A stretch of DNA of 64,000 nucleotides from Dicyema japonicum (Eukaryota; Animalia; Dicyemida), in NCBI GenBank assembly GCA_011109175.1, contig RDEW01000062.1, forward strand, positions 1-64,000, in the 5' to 3' direction. The stretch's first letter is position 1. The number at the start of each line of letters is the position of its first letter. This document shows positions 26,616-39,899 of the stretch, in pieces. The translations under genes were made by a program, and so were the position numbers. The notes beneath the pieces are model-generated. The model was not told the origin of the DNA, searched no databases, and saw only the letters and a list, made by a program, of their open reading frames with translations.

Positions 26616-29600
26616 GAATCTAAAAAGTCCTTAAGGACGATAAAATACCAACATCCAAGATAAAAACGATAATTTTTCATTGAAAGCGTAAATTTAAATA
26701 AATTTAATAGTCCGTAATCAATTATTTTTGAAAGGAATAATGTTTGGTTAAATATTTTAGGCATTAATAAAGGGTTAAATTTAATTATAAAGGGTAGCCC
26801 GCTGATAAGACGTCAAATGGATGTCCAATATGTTATAAAGTCTATTATTGTGCCAAATATCAATTTCAGCATTGATAAACGAGCTCAATATACACTTAAT
26901 TTAATTCGAAATATTTATCAATAAAAGGATTAGCAGGCTTTCTTCAGAAACAGAAACAAAGACATTAGCAGCAAAGCATACTTAAGCTGTTAAGAAACAG
27001 CCGCAGAGGATGACCAGTTTCAGGCGACGGGAAGATCATCTTCGTTCGCGAGGTTCACTGACTATCATTCAATCGCCTTTCCAATTTCGTTGGTGACTCT
27101 TTTACTCAATCTCCCAACCCCTTTAGAAATTTCGAAGGAGATTGGGAGGATAATTGGTGGTTTTCTCCTGAATATTGAATTAGGGATGTAACATTAATAT
27201 TTAAATAGCTGATGAGATACCCGACATATTTTCCTGGAAAGTTGGAATTTCGATTCAATGTCTGATTTCAAAAAGTTAATGATCCGTGAAAATATGGGTA
27301 GCAGAAAATCATTGAAGCACAAGATGAAAGATTCAGAAGCATTTGTTGCTTAGAGCTCTGTAGAGGAGGAAAACGCGAAGAAACATGACGATGCACTTCT
27401 TTGCAGATTATTAATCATCTTTAGACAAAACTGCAAAGAGTATGCCCATAAATCATAGAAAGAATTAATCATTTTTTTGTCTAAGATAACACAAGTGTAC
27501 TGAAAAGGGATGACTTTGATAAATTACTCTTTTTTAATCCAACATTATGCTTTAATTGATTTTATTTTCTTAAAGAGTATTAATATATCAATGTCACACT
27601 AACGAATTCTCATTTTTTAGAACAAATAAATATAACAATAAAAACCAATTGTGGTATAGAGATGATGTATTGTGTACTATGGCCGAGTAATTCAAAAAAG
27701 GTCAAATATAACTCAGATACTAAAAAGTAACTAATTGTCATAATTACTGTCATTGTATTGTTTTTAGAATAAAATTCAAAACGAAAATAAAATTTTGTCA
27801 ATCTTTATTATTTCCAAATTAATTTTAAACGATAATGGAATTTTCCCAGTTGTCAAGGAAACCTAGATAAGTCAAATGCTTAAGAAGTTTATAAAATACT
27901 TTCTTTTTTATTTACATGAAAGTAATTCAAAATAAACAAAAAGGTCATACAGCGTCCGCCCTGACTGAATGGCTATTCCCTCTCTATACAATGAGGAAAA
28001 TTGGCTCAAATAAACGACAGCGTTCACTGAGATCTACTGATCAGACTGAATAAAATTTTCGATTTTTTTGAAAAAATGATAGTACGAATGTACAAGAGCT
28101 CAAAAGGTTTTCGCAGCAAAAATAAACGCTACATAAATGTGGATGACATCATACTTGAGACACTTTAATGTTTCGGTCTTCCTACCTGCTTAGCAGTCAT
28201 TAGAAGCACGCTCAGGAAGGTTGTTCGAAACAAAAGTGTCTGTGCATATCCAACATCCCAAAATAGGGACATCTCAGTCTTGAACGAAAATGTGATCTTT
28301 CTATTCGGTCGTTTTTTCACCGACGGGGTCGAGTACAGAGAGAAAAGCAGAAGCGTCCAAAGTCTATCTAACAACCTCGTTTAAGGCTTTATAGCTAGAG
28401 ACCTTGCCAGCGCTCCTCTTGTAGTTAGTGAATTTAGTTCAAAAACGTTAATCTGCTCACAGAAAAAAATTATTGCATTAACGGCAGATTAAAGAGATTT
28501 CCTGCTGTGAAAAATCTACTTGTGATTGCGCAAGATGAGACACGACTTCGATTTTGTTGGGAGAATATTTCAAATTAATTCTATTAGTTTTAAACTATCC
28601 AATAAATCTTTCGAAAATATTGATTTCAAGATATTTAATGGTTTAGCTCAATCTGTTCTAAGTGATAAATATCATTGATTCAGTTTAACTAAATAAATTT
28701 AGCATATATCAGCTAAATAAAGTTAGTTGTTTTGATAAGGTTTTCATTATGCTCTGGCCTGCAGGCATTGAGCGCGTATGGTAGTAACTTTTTATGGTCG
28801 CGAACCTAATGTTCTGGAAGAGCCATCGCGTCATTCTAGGCTCACCCTTCCGCAGTCCTGCAAGCCACCTCCTTTTAACTCATCAAAAGGAGGGACAGCC
28901 GAGAATAGGGATGATTAATTGAGTCCATTTCCATATAGATCTTAAGAGGGAATGCACCCTCAATTAGTTATTTTGTTAAGTAATTATTCTAATGTGCTGA
29001 TATTGAGTTAATGATGTTTTTTGTAGTGGGATATGAAGCTCAGTATGTGCGTATTTGGCATAAGTTCTTTCGATTTTGAGTCAGATAGGACCTAGATGCT
29101 AAATGACACTGACGTTGTTCAGAACTTAAGCTTTCCGCTGTCTCGTTCATTCTCACTAGAAGAAGGATGATAAAGGCTTTCATATGTTATAAGGAAGTAG
29201 ATATTCCGTAGAATAGGGGCTACCTGATCATGGGAATTAACCACTTGGCTAACATATCTTAGGAATGCCTAAGGGGAATTAATAGTTAAAATTATAAATT
29301 TATATTTACTGACGATAACAAATTTCTTTTGTTGATATCTTTAGAATCCCAAAGAGAGAATCAAGCATTATAGACTTTCTCTATCTTTCGTTTCTACAAG
29401 ACTCGTCCGTTATCTGTCTTTGAGATGTTCATGAGTAGGAACCATTTGGATAGATGATCTGGCGCTACCTCAAGCAGATACATGAGTGCTGCCCAGTCAT
29501 TCCGAGACAAACTCCACATCATCAGCGTGCATGCACACTTTTATCCGAGGATATGTCGTCTAAAAATAAAAAAAATACGAAATACATTTTTAAATGCTTT

Positions 29601-29624
29601 ATAGGTTTTACGATGTGTTTAGAC

Positions 29625-29884
29625 CAGTGGTTCTCAACCTGGGGTCCGCGAAAGATTCCAGGCGGTCCGCGAGATACTTCTGAACCTTGATTTATTAGAG
29701 TATGTTTGTCAACAACCGAGCCTCAAATTGAAAAAAATACCTCAAAAAACAACATCAACCTTCTCATTAATTTTATTTTCTTTTTTAATAATAAATTGTG
29801 TTTTTAGAAAAGTAATAATTTATTGACAAAAAACTTGCAAAAGTATGTTGGGGGTCCGCGACCAAAAAAAGTTGAGAACCACTG
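29625..29884. mobile_element. hAT Charlie-type MITE (260 bp)
   Basis: Perfect TIR CAGTGGTTCTCAAC/GTTGAGAACCACTG. Perfect 8-bp TSD GTTTAGAC. Subterminal GGTCCGCG repeats. Confidence 0.95.
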
Positions 29885-31001
29885 GTTTAGACAATATTTC
29901 CACAGTTAATTACAATCTAACAATATGTCGTTTGTAAAGGATTAATCATCTAAATTTTTCTTTTTTGTTAATAAATCGTTTTCGCATAAATAAGCTAACA
30001 AAATTGCTGGGTATTAAGGAAGCCACTCAATTTAGACTTATGGGACAGTCAATGTACCACCATAATTTTGGTCATAATGCAGATCAGACATATGGGGGAT
30101 TACTTACTCTAACAGTAAAATATGTTAGTTTGTAATAAGTGAGAATTTCTGGAAATATCGATAATATTTTGTGGAAATTACTATAACACGAGACTGTAGA
30201 CTACAGTTAATCGAATAAACAAAACCATGCAATAAATTAAAAACCATTTAATATTTTGTCTAAAAAACATTAAATTTTCACCAAATCCACTTTGACAAAT
30301 TTCGAATAATTTCTTATCCTTAGGTAACTAAACCGAATCAATCACATCAATAAAAACATTAACTTTCCAAAATCAACCTCAAACCAGAAAATCAACAATT
30401 GATAAAAATAAATATCAAAAATCAAATAAAAGAGACTAAGAAAGGTTAAATCCAAACTTCACACCCATGTTCTCAACAGTATCAATGAATGTACTTTTTG
30501 AGCAAGCATTACTCCCATCCGGAGGAGCTGAGTCAATAGCACCCCCCACCAGCTCACCAGGGATTGCCTATCGATCTCATGTTTTATCCTATCCAACAAA
30601 CGGAGGGAACGCCTTATCAATCCTGGCCTCTTAAATAAAAGACTAGTTTTTTTTTAAATTGATTTAGTGAAACGAACAAAATATCATTTCGTTGATTCCT
30701 GGTACTAGTTTACTAAGACAGATATATCACATGAAACCATACTGATTAAACTGGAGAAGAAGCAGACAGAGTATACAATTAGGATCTTCGAATATGTAGT
30801 CAGTGAACAGCTGTTATGGGTATGATATCATAACCACTAAGCCATTTAAATAACAAAATTGGAATATTATACGAAGAAAGCTAGTTACCCCAGCCTCGCT
30901 ACCTAGTAGACGTGGGTGGTCTTCAAACTACAATTGAGAAGAATAAAAAATAATTAAATTATTTATTAATTTTTTTAAATATATTAATAAATCTAACATA
31001 T

Positions 31002-32650
31002 ATGTCGTACGTGTCGTCAATCAAGTCTGAATATATATTTTATACGACATTGATAATCCAATGGATTTCTTTCGCGTGGGATTTTTACATATCTTACAGA
31101 CAGGTAAACAAGCTTTTTTTAGTTGCTAGAAAAAAGTATATCAAAATACGCTGGAGATTTCGCCAGAACATAAAAACCTAGTAAAGAAAGATGTGTTTGA
31201 TAATTCTCGCCTATATAAACTTGATCAGAGCTCATTTTCATTCTTTAAGATGATTTTCAATACACTTTTAATGACCGTAGAAACATTTGTCAATTTAGTT
31301 TGTTTGCATGACCGGTTTTTACCCGACCATGTGGTTTTATTCGAGAGAGATTGCAGAAAATTTTAGCAGAAGTGAAGTATGTGTCATTGTGCATTTTAGT
31401 ACGTTGTAACCACCTTGTTTTTGTTTATAATAATGTTCCTACAAACTATCGTCTCATTGCCATTCTCATACTATTCCAATTTTGTTATCGAAGAAAAACA
31501 TGGATTCAACAAGCAGGTTAGCCATGTCAATACTAATTACTTTTTTAAACTTCAAAATATTATTTAAATTTATTATTTTATTTTACGACATCAAATATTA
31601 TTTTTATATTTTTAAGTTTTAAATTTTTAAAATTTTAGACTTTTGGATTTTTTCTTAAGGATAAATTAAAATCTTTTACGCTTACTGTAACATTGGGAAT
31701 CCCTGTCGCACTGGTCTGTGTTTACATTATCAAGCAAACAGGAGATTCGTTTGTATTTTACCTTTCAGTGTTTGTTTTCGCTTTCAATTTGGTTTTGATT
31801 ATTTTCTAATTTAGTTTATTTTCTACATTTATGGAGAGTTCATTGCACCTTTATTCGACAAATTTACCGAACTTCCACAATCTGAGCTAAGAACCCGGAT
31901 CGAAAATTTGGCTTCTTCTCTTAATTTTCCTCTTCATCAACTTTTTGTTTTAGAAGGTTTTGTTAAAGCGAATTTTTAGGTTCCAAAAGGTCTGCTCACA
32001 GTAACGCTTATGTCACTGGATTTTTAAATAAGAAAAAAATAGTTTTGTATGACACTTTAATTGGAGACAACGAAGTTATATTTTGTGTCACAATCCTAGG
32101 GAAATTCAGAATCTGAGGAAACTAAATTTCCTAAAGAAACCGATAAAGTCACAAATGATGAAATCATTGCAATCCTGGCACATGAATTGGGTCACTGGAA
32201 GAACTGGGATATCTTCAAATTGTTTTTTGTCTTGCAAGTAATCTGTATCTGTTATTTTTCCAGATCGAGTTGTCTGTGATGTTTTACTGCAGTGGATATT
32301 TCCAAAATGAACCAAATTTTTACAAAGCTTTCGGATTTGCTAGTAAAAACGTGCCTGAAATGCCCACTATTGTGGGTTTAATTTTGAGCGTTAGTCTTGT
32401 TATATCGCCGATTCAAATTGTTCTCAATCTCGTGACTATCACTCTTTCGAGATACAATGAGCTCCAGGCTGATCGATTTTCGGCGAATATGGGATTTGGA
32501 CCGTACCTTCAGTCCGGACTTATTAAGCTATACAGAAATAATCTATCTTTTATATACGACGATTGGCTGTATGCTAAAGTGACTTATACACATCCTCCTT
32601 TGATTGAGAGATTGGATGCTCTTATTAGAGACTCAAAGAAGACTGAATAA
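31002..32650 (+). CDS. ZMPSTE24: CAAX prenyl protease 1, 9 exons
   Basis: SRLYKLDQSSF, IEEKHGFNKQ, IAPLFDKF, EGSKRSAHSNAY, HELGHW zinc motif, ELQADRF, HPPLIERL. Introns 26, 22, 23, 122, 23, 23, 25 and 26 nt give a continuous frame. Confidence 0.94.
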
Positions 32651-33168
32651 TTTAGTTACTGGGTGTTACGAGTTTGAATTTAATTTTGGTTATCAACTGA
32701 ATATTTCACATAGAATTTTATAGAATGTGGTAGCTGAAAAATCAAATGTGGTAGCTGAAAATTCTTATAAAAGTTAAGAATAAACCAACTTCCGATTTAA
32801 GTTTTTTAATAATTTCGTGATTAAGACTAAGGAACTGTGAAGCCTTTTTAAAAATAAAATAAACAAAAAAGTCATGAACGGGGTTGAGCAATTTCTTGGG
32901 GAGATTTTTTGTGTAGAAGTCTGTTGACAGGCATCTACAGTTTTCTATTATTTTCCTTAACTCAACATCAGAGCTTTTTTAATAAAGTTTTTAGTGTTTT
33001 AGAAGATATAATCGCTTATTTATACACTTACTTTGTATTTTCGACGTTTAGAAGCATGGACTTATTTCATAGATTTGTTAACAAGATAAAATTTCAGTTT
33101 TATTGTCAAGAAATTAAAAGCCATAAGCTAATCATTAGGGTTAGGTTATTGAGTGTTGAGGCTAAAAT

Positions 33169-34851
33169 TTATTTTTATTACCCCAGAATCACTGGGTCAA
33201 AGAGAAAGAAATAAAAGTTCTCATCTAACTAAGTGATCTCAAACGGACAAAAAAAAGGACGAGTCCGGCGGGATCGAGAATTTTGAATAGCTCTTCTCAT
33301 TGGACATAGCATCGGCTCAAAATTTCTGCATGATTTTAAATATTTCGATAGTGTATGAAATAGAGGGCACCTCGGTAAACTAGCCTTTTTTAAGAGTTTC
33401 CGTTGTAATTCGATTAAAAAATTTTCAATGGGCTTGTTTTTGTGTTCTGGTCCAATTAACCTTATTGCAGTCTCCTTGAATGCAAATAATTTCAATGAGG
33501 AGGATCGTGAAATCTGCATTGCCCACAAAGGACTTGCATACGTCATAGTGGATCGGATAAATTGTTCATAAATCGTGGTAAGGCCACCAGTTTGGTCTCT
33601 AATTGTTATTGAGAGCACTTTTAAAATTCTCATTTTCTTCACAGCAGAATTTACTTTGTTCTCAACATGTCGGATAAAGGTGAGTCCGTGATCAAAGGTG
33701 ACTCACAGAATCTTCGGTGTTTTGTTAATAGAAATAGCCTCGTTCTTCATAAAGATTTTAGTTCGACACAGAGCTGTCTTTTGTAGGTGGTAAACAGCGT
33801 GACAGAAAACTTTGGTGCTGATGTGTGAGTCTCCGCTTCGAGAGCCATAGTTCCAGCTTGTCAAGCATTTGTTGAGCGGACTGAGTCGCTGATTGAATGC
33901 TTCTGTCCTTGGAGGCAAAAATGATATCGTCGGCATAGAGAGGATTAGGCAGTTTTCATTACAGGTTTGTGGCATGTCGTTTATGTAGAGATCGAAAAGT
34001 TGGGGTGATTGTGGGAGCCTTGAGGTACTCCATTTGGGAAAGTAGAGAGATCTTGATTTGATGTTGTCGCAGAGTACTTGTGCTCGTCTCCATTTAGAAG
34101 TTTTCAAGCCAAAGTTTCAGTTCGGATTAATGTTGGTTTCAAATATTTTCTTTATAAGGAGTTTCCTAAAGACTGAGTCGAACGCTTTTGTGATGTCCAT
34201 GGATATAAGTACTGTCCTATGATGGGGTTTAGGGGAGTTAAATCTATCCGTAATAATTGTGTGAGGTTGTAAGGTGCGTTGTGTCGAATGGTTACCCGGA
34301 ATCCGTGCTGGGTCGAGGTATTGAAATTGAGTCTTGTAATTTTTTCAGAACAAGCCTTTCAAGGATCCTTGAGACCGGACTCAGAATAGATATTGGGCGG
34401 TAGGAAGATGGTTCATTATAGGTTTGTTGGGTTTTTAATAGGTTAATTAAGACTTCTTCCATATTTCAGGATTGTATTTGTGTTAATGGATAGGTTGAAT
34501 ATATAGGCAAATAATTCCAGGGATCGATGGCCTAGGTCCTTCAGTTCACATGTGGTTATGTTGTCTGGTCCTTTGGCCTCTGAGTAGTTGGCTTGGATAT
34601 GGCTCTGCGAACATCCTGATAGCAATATGGATCCAGTCATCGGGGCGTTTCGGTTCAATCTTTTTCAGGAATACTTGGTGTTCTTTTGATAACTTCTTGT
34701 AGGAGATAGACGTATAATATGTATCAGTGTCTGGTTTTATGGTAGACTTCCGACTTTTCTTTCTGGGAGGATCTTTTGATGTTCTTGATCCACTTCCAGA
34801 CTCTCTGCATTGGGGGGGGTTTGGAGAGAGCATTTTGATAGTCTCGTCCAT
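33169..34851 (-). mobile_element. 5'-truncated, frameshifted jockey/I-like LINE
   Basis: Remnants GPDNIT, SSYRPISI, MDITKAFDSV, LFDLYINDMP, TPKIL, YEQFIRSTMTYASPLW. Tail CTGGGGTAATAAAAAT. Candidate 7-bp TSD CTAAAAT (33162-33168, 34852-34858). Confidence 0.88.
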
Positions 34852-34910
34852 CTAAAATATAGTGATTCAAAAAAACATTAACTTTGAGAGAGACTCGGGT
34901 CAGATGTTGT

Positions 34911-34982
34911 GGCCTAGTGGTCTAGTGGTATGATTCCCGCTTTGGGAGCGGGAGGTCCCGGGTTCAATTCCCGGCTGGGCCC
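34911..34982 (+). tRNA. trnP-UGG: tRNA-Pro (anticodon UGG)
   Basis: GGCCTAG/CTGGGCC acceptor stem, CCCGC-TT-TGG-GA-GCGGG anticodon arm, GGTTCAATTCC T arm, downstream T-run. Confidence 0.96.
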
Positions 34983-35636
34983 ATGATTTTTTGGTAGATT
35001 ATAATTGTCTTGTAGATTATCAGTTTAAGATTTAAATGATAATTTTGCTGAAAAAGTCGATTTGCCGTTTCATATTTACGAATTTCCACGAACAGTTTGA
35101 TAATCCACTTACTCCTTTAAAATATGCTCCCATTTATGATTATAAATGACTCAATGAAGGCACTTTTGGATTCTTTTGAAATGCCATCTAACCATTTATC
35201 AGGACGATTAACATAAGTGAATTCTTTAACAGTTTGTTTACGCAAACACCTTTAACGGTCTCCACGTGAGATCTCAATGCTTACTTATACGAGACCGGAC
35301 AGGCAGAGTTATCATTTTTTCCCTTAATTTTCACTTGCTAACGACGGGACAGATCAGGTCCGCCTCGTGTTCTAGTCCACTTCAGTTTCTCCTCCGTATC
35401 CTTTCGGATCTTGGAACGTCAATCTATGATAGTTACATTTTTGCTATCCACCAGGTTTCCTTCACTTGAAGAAACGGGGAGTAAATAAATTAACAGTTTG
35501 CGTCACCAAAACCTTTAGACAAGATATTTTGGAGACTTCTTATTCTTAAAAAAGTTACATCTCAAAAAATAAAAATTCTTAAGACCTGCTTTGAAGTTTG
35601 AGCGAGAATGAATTCAGTCACGTATTAAATAATATT

Positions 35637-37240
35637 TCTGTACATGCCGGCACGAAGTAGAGGGTCCTGGAAAAGGCTGATAGAGAGGATGGCTAGAAAA
35701 TACGGCACAAGGGAGGCTTGATTAATTTTATGACTTCTCGGGAGTGCTTTAAATAAAAAATAACATGCCGTGCACACGACGTTCTGTCACATGCCGTGCC
35801 AGCACTACGAAACCTCGGACTTGAGATAAACATAAAGAAATCGGAGCTAATAAATATCACATACTCGGAGAGTGATTTCATCAACGTGGTCGAGTCTTTC
35901 AACTCGGTACTACCTGGAATTACTGTCGTACCCAGGAGCGGACATACTTTCTTGGGTGCCCATTTGACGAAAAGGAACTGCGGAGCCATCTACAAACAAA
36001 AGAGGATGAACTCTCCAGAGTCACGGATAAACTTTCCTTACTCGATGGTCATACAGCGTTTTCCTTTTGAAGAATAGCATCGGCTTGCCCAAACTCCTAT
36101 GTGCTCTCCGATGTTCTTCCTGCTTCAAACATCGTGACATCCTCCTGTCACTGGATAGGACATTGAGAAAATCGGCTGAATTACTTCTAAACATCCAGTT
36201 TGATGCGCCGAGTTGGAACCAATGCAAGCTTCCTACACGCCTCGGAGGAACGGGTCTCAGGTCGGCGCTGGAGATCGCCTATCCAGCATATGTGTCATCG
36301 CTCTCAAGTGGAAGCCTTTTGGTCCAAGAAATCCTACGTATTACAACCGGACTCTCTTGGGAAAAAGTCTTCGACGAAGCTCGTTGCGAATGGTGTGAAA
36401 CTGGTTTGGATATGCCGAACGATCCTTCGAGGCAACGTGACTGGGATGATATTTACTCCAAGAATATCTTCGACGTGCTAAAGTCTGAGGCCAACCAGCA
36501 TCGTCTTGCATGCCTCGTGTCCGCCGCCAACCATGGGAGCGGAGCGTGGCTGGATGCACTCCCGTCTTCCTCCCTGGGGACCCTATTGGACGATGACTGT
36601 ATTCGGATTGGAATCGCACAACGCCTGGGAGCTGATGTTTGCGTCGAACACCAATGTCGCTGTGGAGGGATCGTCGATGCCAAAGGGCTGCATCCGCTCT
36701 CGTGCAAAAGGAGTGCGGGCAGAGCACCCGCCATGCTGCTATGAACAACATTGTTTGCGAGCTCTTGAAGCGGCAGGCTTCCCGGCAGTATTGGAACCTG
36801 TGGGATTGGACCGCGGAGATGGGAAAAGACCGGATGGGTTAACTGTCTTTCCGTTCACTGAGGGAAAATCGCTCGTATGGGACTGCACTGTTGTGGATTC
36901 TTTCTCGAACTCGATGATGCTCAGCTCGGCGCAGTCTGCTGGATCGGCAGCCGATCTGGCCGAAAAAATCAAGATTAAAAAATATGGCGAAATTGGAGAC
37001 CGCTACCGTTTTGTACCGATAGCAATCGAGACGTCTGGTGCGGCTGGAAGTATTACAGCCTCTTTCCTAAAGGAAATCGGGGAAAATTGGCCCACCGCAA
37101 GAAAGACGTGCGGGAAGCGGTCTGGCTGAGGCAAAGAATTGGTATCGCTGTTATTCGCGGAAACGCTTACTCCGTGATGTCAGCAGCCGCTCTCGCCCAT
37201 AGTTAATAAATAATATTTTATTGTTAATAAATTTTTGTTC
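35637..37240 (+). mobile_element. 5'-truncated CRE-like non-LTR element (RT thumb, CxC-H-C zinc motif, REL)
   Basis: LGLEINIKKSE, RLGGTGLRS, SGAWLDALP, CRCGGIVDAKGLHPLSC, GKRPDGLTVFPFTEGKSLVWD, FVPIAIETSG. Candidate 14-bp TSD TATTAAATAATATT (35623-35636, 37241-37254). Confidence 0.88.
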
Positions 37241-37538
37241 TATTAAATAATATTAAATTAGAAAAACAATTCTGACAGGTAAAATAAAATTCTCAGTTCC
37301 TTTATTCGAATCTTCGTGCTTTTGACGTCACCAGAGTTGGTAAATTAATCCATGCTCACGGATAATAGTTGGACATGGAGTATCATCCATGATGGAAATT
37401 GGTAGCAATAAACATGAAATCAATTTAACGAACAAATCAGAACAATTGAAATTAAGAAATTGATATTCAATAATGTTAAAAAAAATATAAAAAAGATGGT
37501 TTATTAAAAAGGAAAGAAAAGTCGCATAGGCGGTGAAA

Positions 37539-37594
37539 GTCGAATCAAATCAAATTAATCACAAATTTAGTGACAAATAATCACACAATCCGAC
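37539..37594 (-). promoter_or_regulatory. Candidate SECIS element (form 1, GUGA core) in the SPS 3' UTR
   Basis: GUCGGAU-UGU-GUGAU-UAUUUGUCAC-UAAAUUU-GUGAUUAAUU-UGAU-UUG-AUUCGAC. Helix I is 7 bp, followed by a GA/GA quartet, a 10-bp helix II, and AAA 11 nt from the core. It lies between the stop (37634) and AATAAA (37500-37505). Folded by eye. Confidence 0.7.
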
Positions 37595-37633
37595 CCTCAT
37601 TCACCAAAGAAGCACTGCTCAATACTTCCGCGA

Positions 37634-38983
37634 CTACCACAGTTGGTCTTCCTGGTCTTTCGAAGGGACCTCAATAACTCTAACATTTTCCTCTATTCTA
37701 GCAGTGCGCGGTCCATTCTGAACTACACCAATAATCCAAGCATGGTGGTATCCTTCGTGCTTCTGTAGATCTTTGCAGAATGCAGCCGCCTGCTGCTGAG
37801 GTAAAATTATCAAAAGTCCCCCTATTCCAATTAGTCAACTCAATACCTGAGGTCTCAGGACAGCGTCCATGCAAGAGTGGAAAATGATTACCACATGCTT
37901 TATTGATAGAGTGTAATCTGGCAATAACAGGAATGTTGTAAATTAGAAAAGATACTGGATTGATCTGACACCGAGCCAAATTTTCCGCGTGCCCAAGTAA
38001 ACCAAAACCGGTGACGTCAGTGGCTCCATGTGCGTTGTAGCGCCTCATAAGAATGGCAGCCTCTCGATTGAGTCTAGTCATAGAGTCAATAGCCCGTTTA
38101 TATGCCTTGATGACGTCACTTTGTCTTGCAGTTCCTTTAATTTTGTTCCATTTATCAGGACGATTGAGCCACAAATAGAGATTCACTGCGATTTGAGTCC
38201 CCAGAGGTTTTGTAAGGACCAAAACATCTCCTTCAACAGCGTTATTAGGTCTAAAATAATTTAAAACATAAAAAAATAACAAATCAGAATAAAAAATAGA
38301 ATATATTAAAGATAAATAAAAATAAATTTTAAATAGAATAAATTCAAATTTTACAATAAATAGTCGCTACAGATGGCTGAAGCTGTTCCTCCAATCATCA
38401 TCCAAGGATTGAATGTAACATTACCACCGGAGATTTCAGCTCCCGCTAATTTAGCTTGGTCCTAAGATGATTAAAATCCTAACAGCGAATCCCTTCTGAA
38501 TTAGTTCTACCACAATCCTTCTCTCTTCTCCAACCAGCATAGTGCTCACGCCGATGATCATTTGTAAGCTATCACAATGAACAATTCCCATAGCGTACAA
38601 ATCACTCAAAACATTTGTGCAAGTAATTTTTCCCTGAAATTGACATTCACGGAAAACCATGATGTAAGGATCGTCCACGTTAGGGTAAAAGAAGTCAGTT
38701 GTTTGGACGAGGTTAAGGCCACCAAATTTGAGAGGAATCACACAGCAGTCCATTCCAATTCCGATTGAAGCTTTGGGGGATATATTAGATTGACTCTGAA
38801 CGTCAGCAATAGACGGCTTAAGCCCCTCCAGCAGTCTGAGCAGGACTGACTGGGGGACTTTACATCCTCATCCTTTAAGTTCTGTAAATTTGGTGAGAGC
38901 AAAATCCCTCCTTAGTCCGTAAATAGTGGGATCAAATCCAACTTCGTATCTTTCCTAAAAATTAAGCTAACCAAAAAAACCAT
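37634..38983 (-). CDS. SEPHS2: Selenophosphate synthetase with in-frame UGA (Sec) at 38868-38870, 6 exons
   Basis: TKFTELKG(UGA)[65 protein letters not shown]. Introns 38955-38980, 38634-38657, 38462-38483, 38251-38354, 37822-37846. Confidence 0.93.
38820..38860 (-). promoter_or_regulatory. Candidate Sec redefinition element (SRE) hairpin within the CDS
   Basis: AAGUCCCCCAG-U-CAGUC-CUGCUCA-GACUG-CUGG-A-GGGGCUU, starting 7 nt after the UGA. Confidence 0.6.
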
Positions 38984-39059
38984 AAGAAAAACAATGTATA
39001 ATTTTATTCGAAAATATTTATAATTATTAATTAAAAACTTATTTAATTAAAAAAATTAA

Positions 39060-39260
39060 AATTATTTCCAAAGACCAAAGGTAACCAAACTAACTAACTT
39101 CGATCCTGACTCGCTCCAGCATTCCAGAACTTGTCACCAGGTAACGACGTTGTCTCCGGGGAAAAATTGTTAAATTCTCTTGATGCCGGCTAAGTAAGGC
39201 GCCTCTCAGTAAGGTGGATCCAGTGACGTCATCGGAAGAAAGAAAATACAACTACCCATG
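39060..39260 (-). mobile_element. SINE-like repeat (family C)
   Basis: Homologous to 2935-3260. Ends GGATCGAAGTTAGTTAGTT followed by a tail. Confidence 0.5.
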
Positions 39261-39364
39261 TAGCACCAATGACAAACTATCCACGTAGAACCACATGGTG
39301 CCACGCGATAAATGATTCTCTAATATAATTTTATTTTAAAATCTTAGCAATTTAAATAGGTTTA

Positions 39365-39530
39365 AGTTTTTTTGTAGACGATCCGGTTCTGCATTAGACG
39401 TTCACTGATGACGGTGTCACTATTCAAACCAAAGCATCATAGATGCGTGGAACATTCAGCCAGAGTATACAGCCACGAGATTCGAACTAGGGGTCATCAG
39501 ACCTTTTTGCCCGGCACTCGTTACACTTCT
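39365..39530 (-). mobile_element. SINE family A, 5' half
   Basis: B-box-like AGTTCGAATC on the minus strand. Body matches 54830-54990. Confidence 0.8.
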
Positions 39531-39899
39531 CCATGTTTCTACCTACGTTGATAATAAAGTAATTGCAGTCGCTGGAGGGGTTAACTATAAAAAACAACAT
39601 ATGTCTACTCTATATAGAATAAATTCTTTTACATCACGCAGAAATTACGTATTCATTTTTTTAATAATTATCAAATTGTTTTTATACCATAGTCATATTT
39701 CTGTAGTATTTCTCAATTTGCTAGCATACTTTCTTGATCTATCTAGAAATTCAACAAAATTGCTTACTTCTTCGCTTTCGTAGCAGTTCTAAAAATTATA
39801 GATCAGAAATTAGATGAATACTGTATATACATATAATATAATATTGCCCTGAAATATGCACCATCGCACTTTCCGAGGAGCCATATCAGCTATCGCTCC

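Noticed and set aside
26950-29300. GC-richer patches that might be ncRNAs or genes
   Set aside because: No snRNA, 5S, SRP or RNase P signatures and no coherent spliced frame were found. Probably old transposon debris.
36200-36972. Many overlapping ORFs on both strands within CRE and RTE elements
   Set aside because: Expected shadow ORFs of GC-richer retroelement coding sequence, with no independent motifs.
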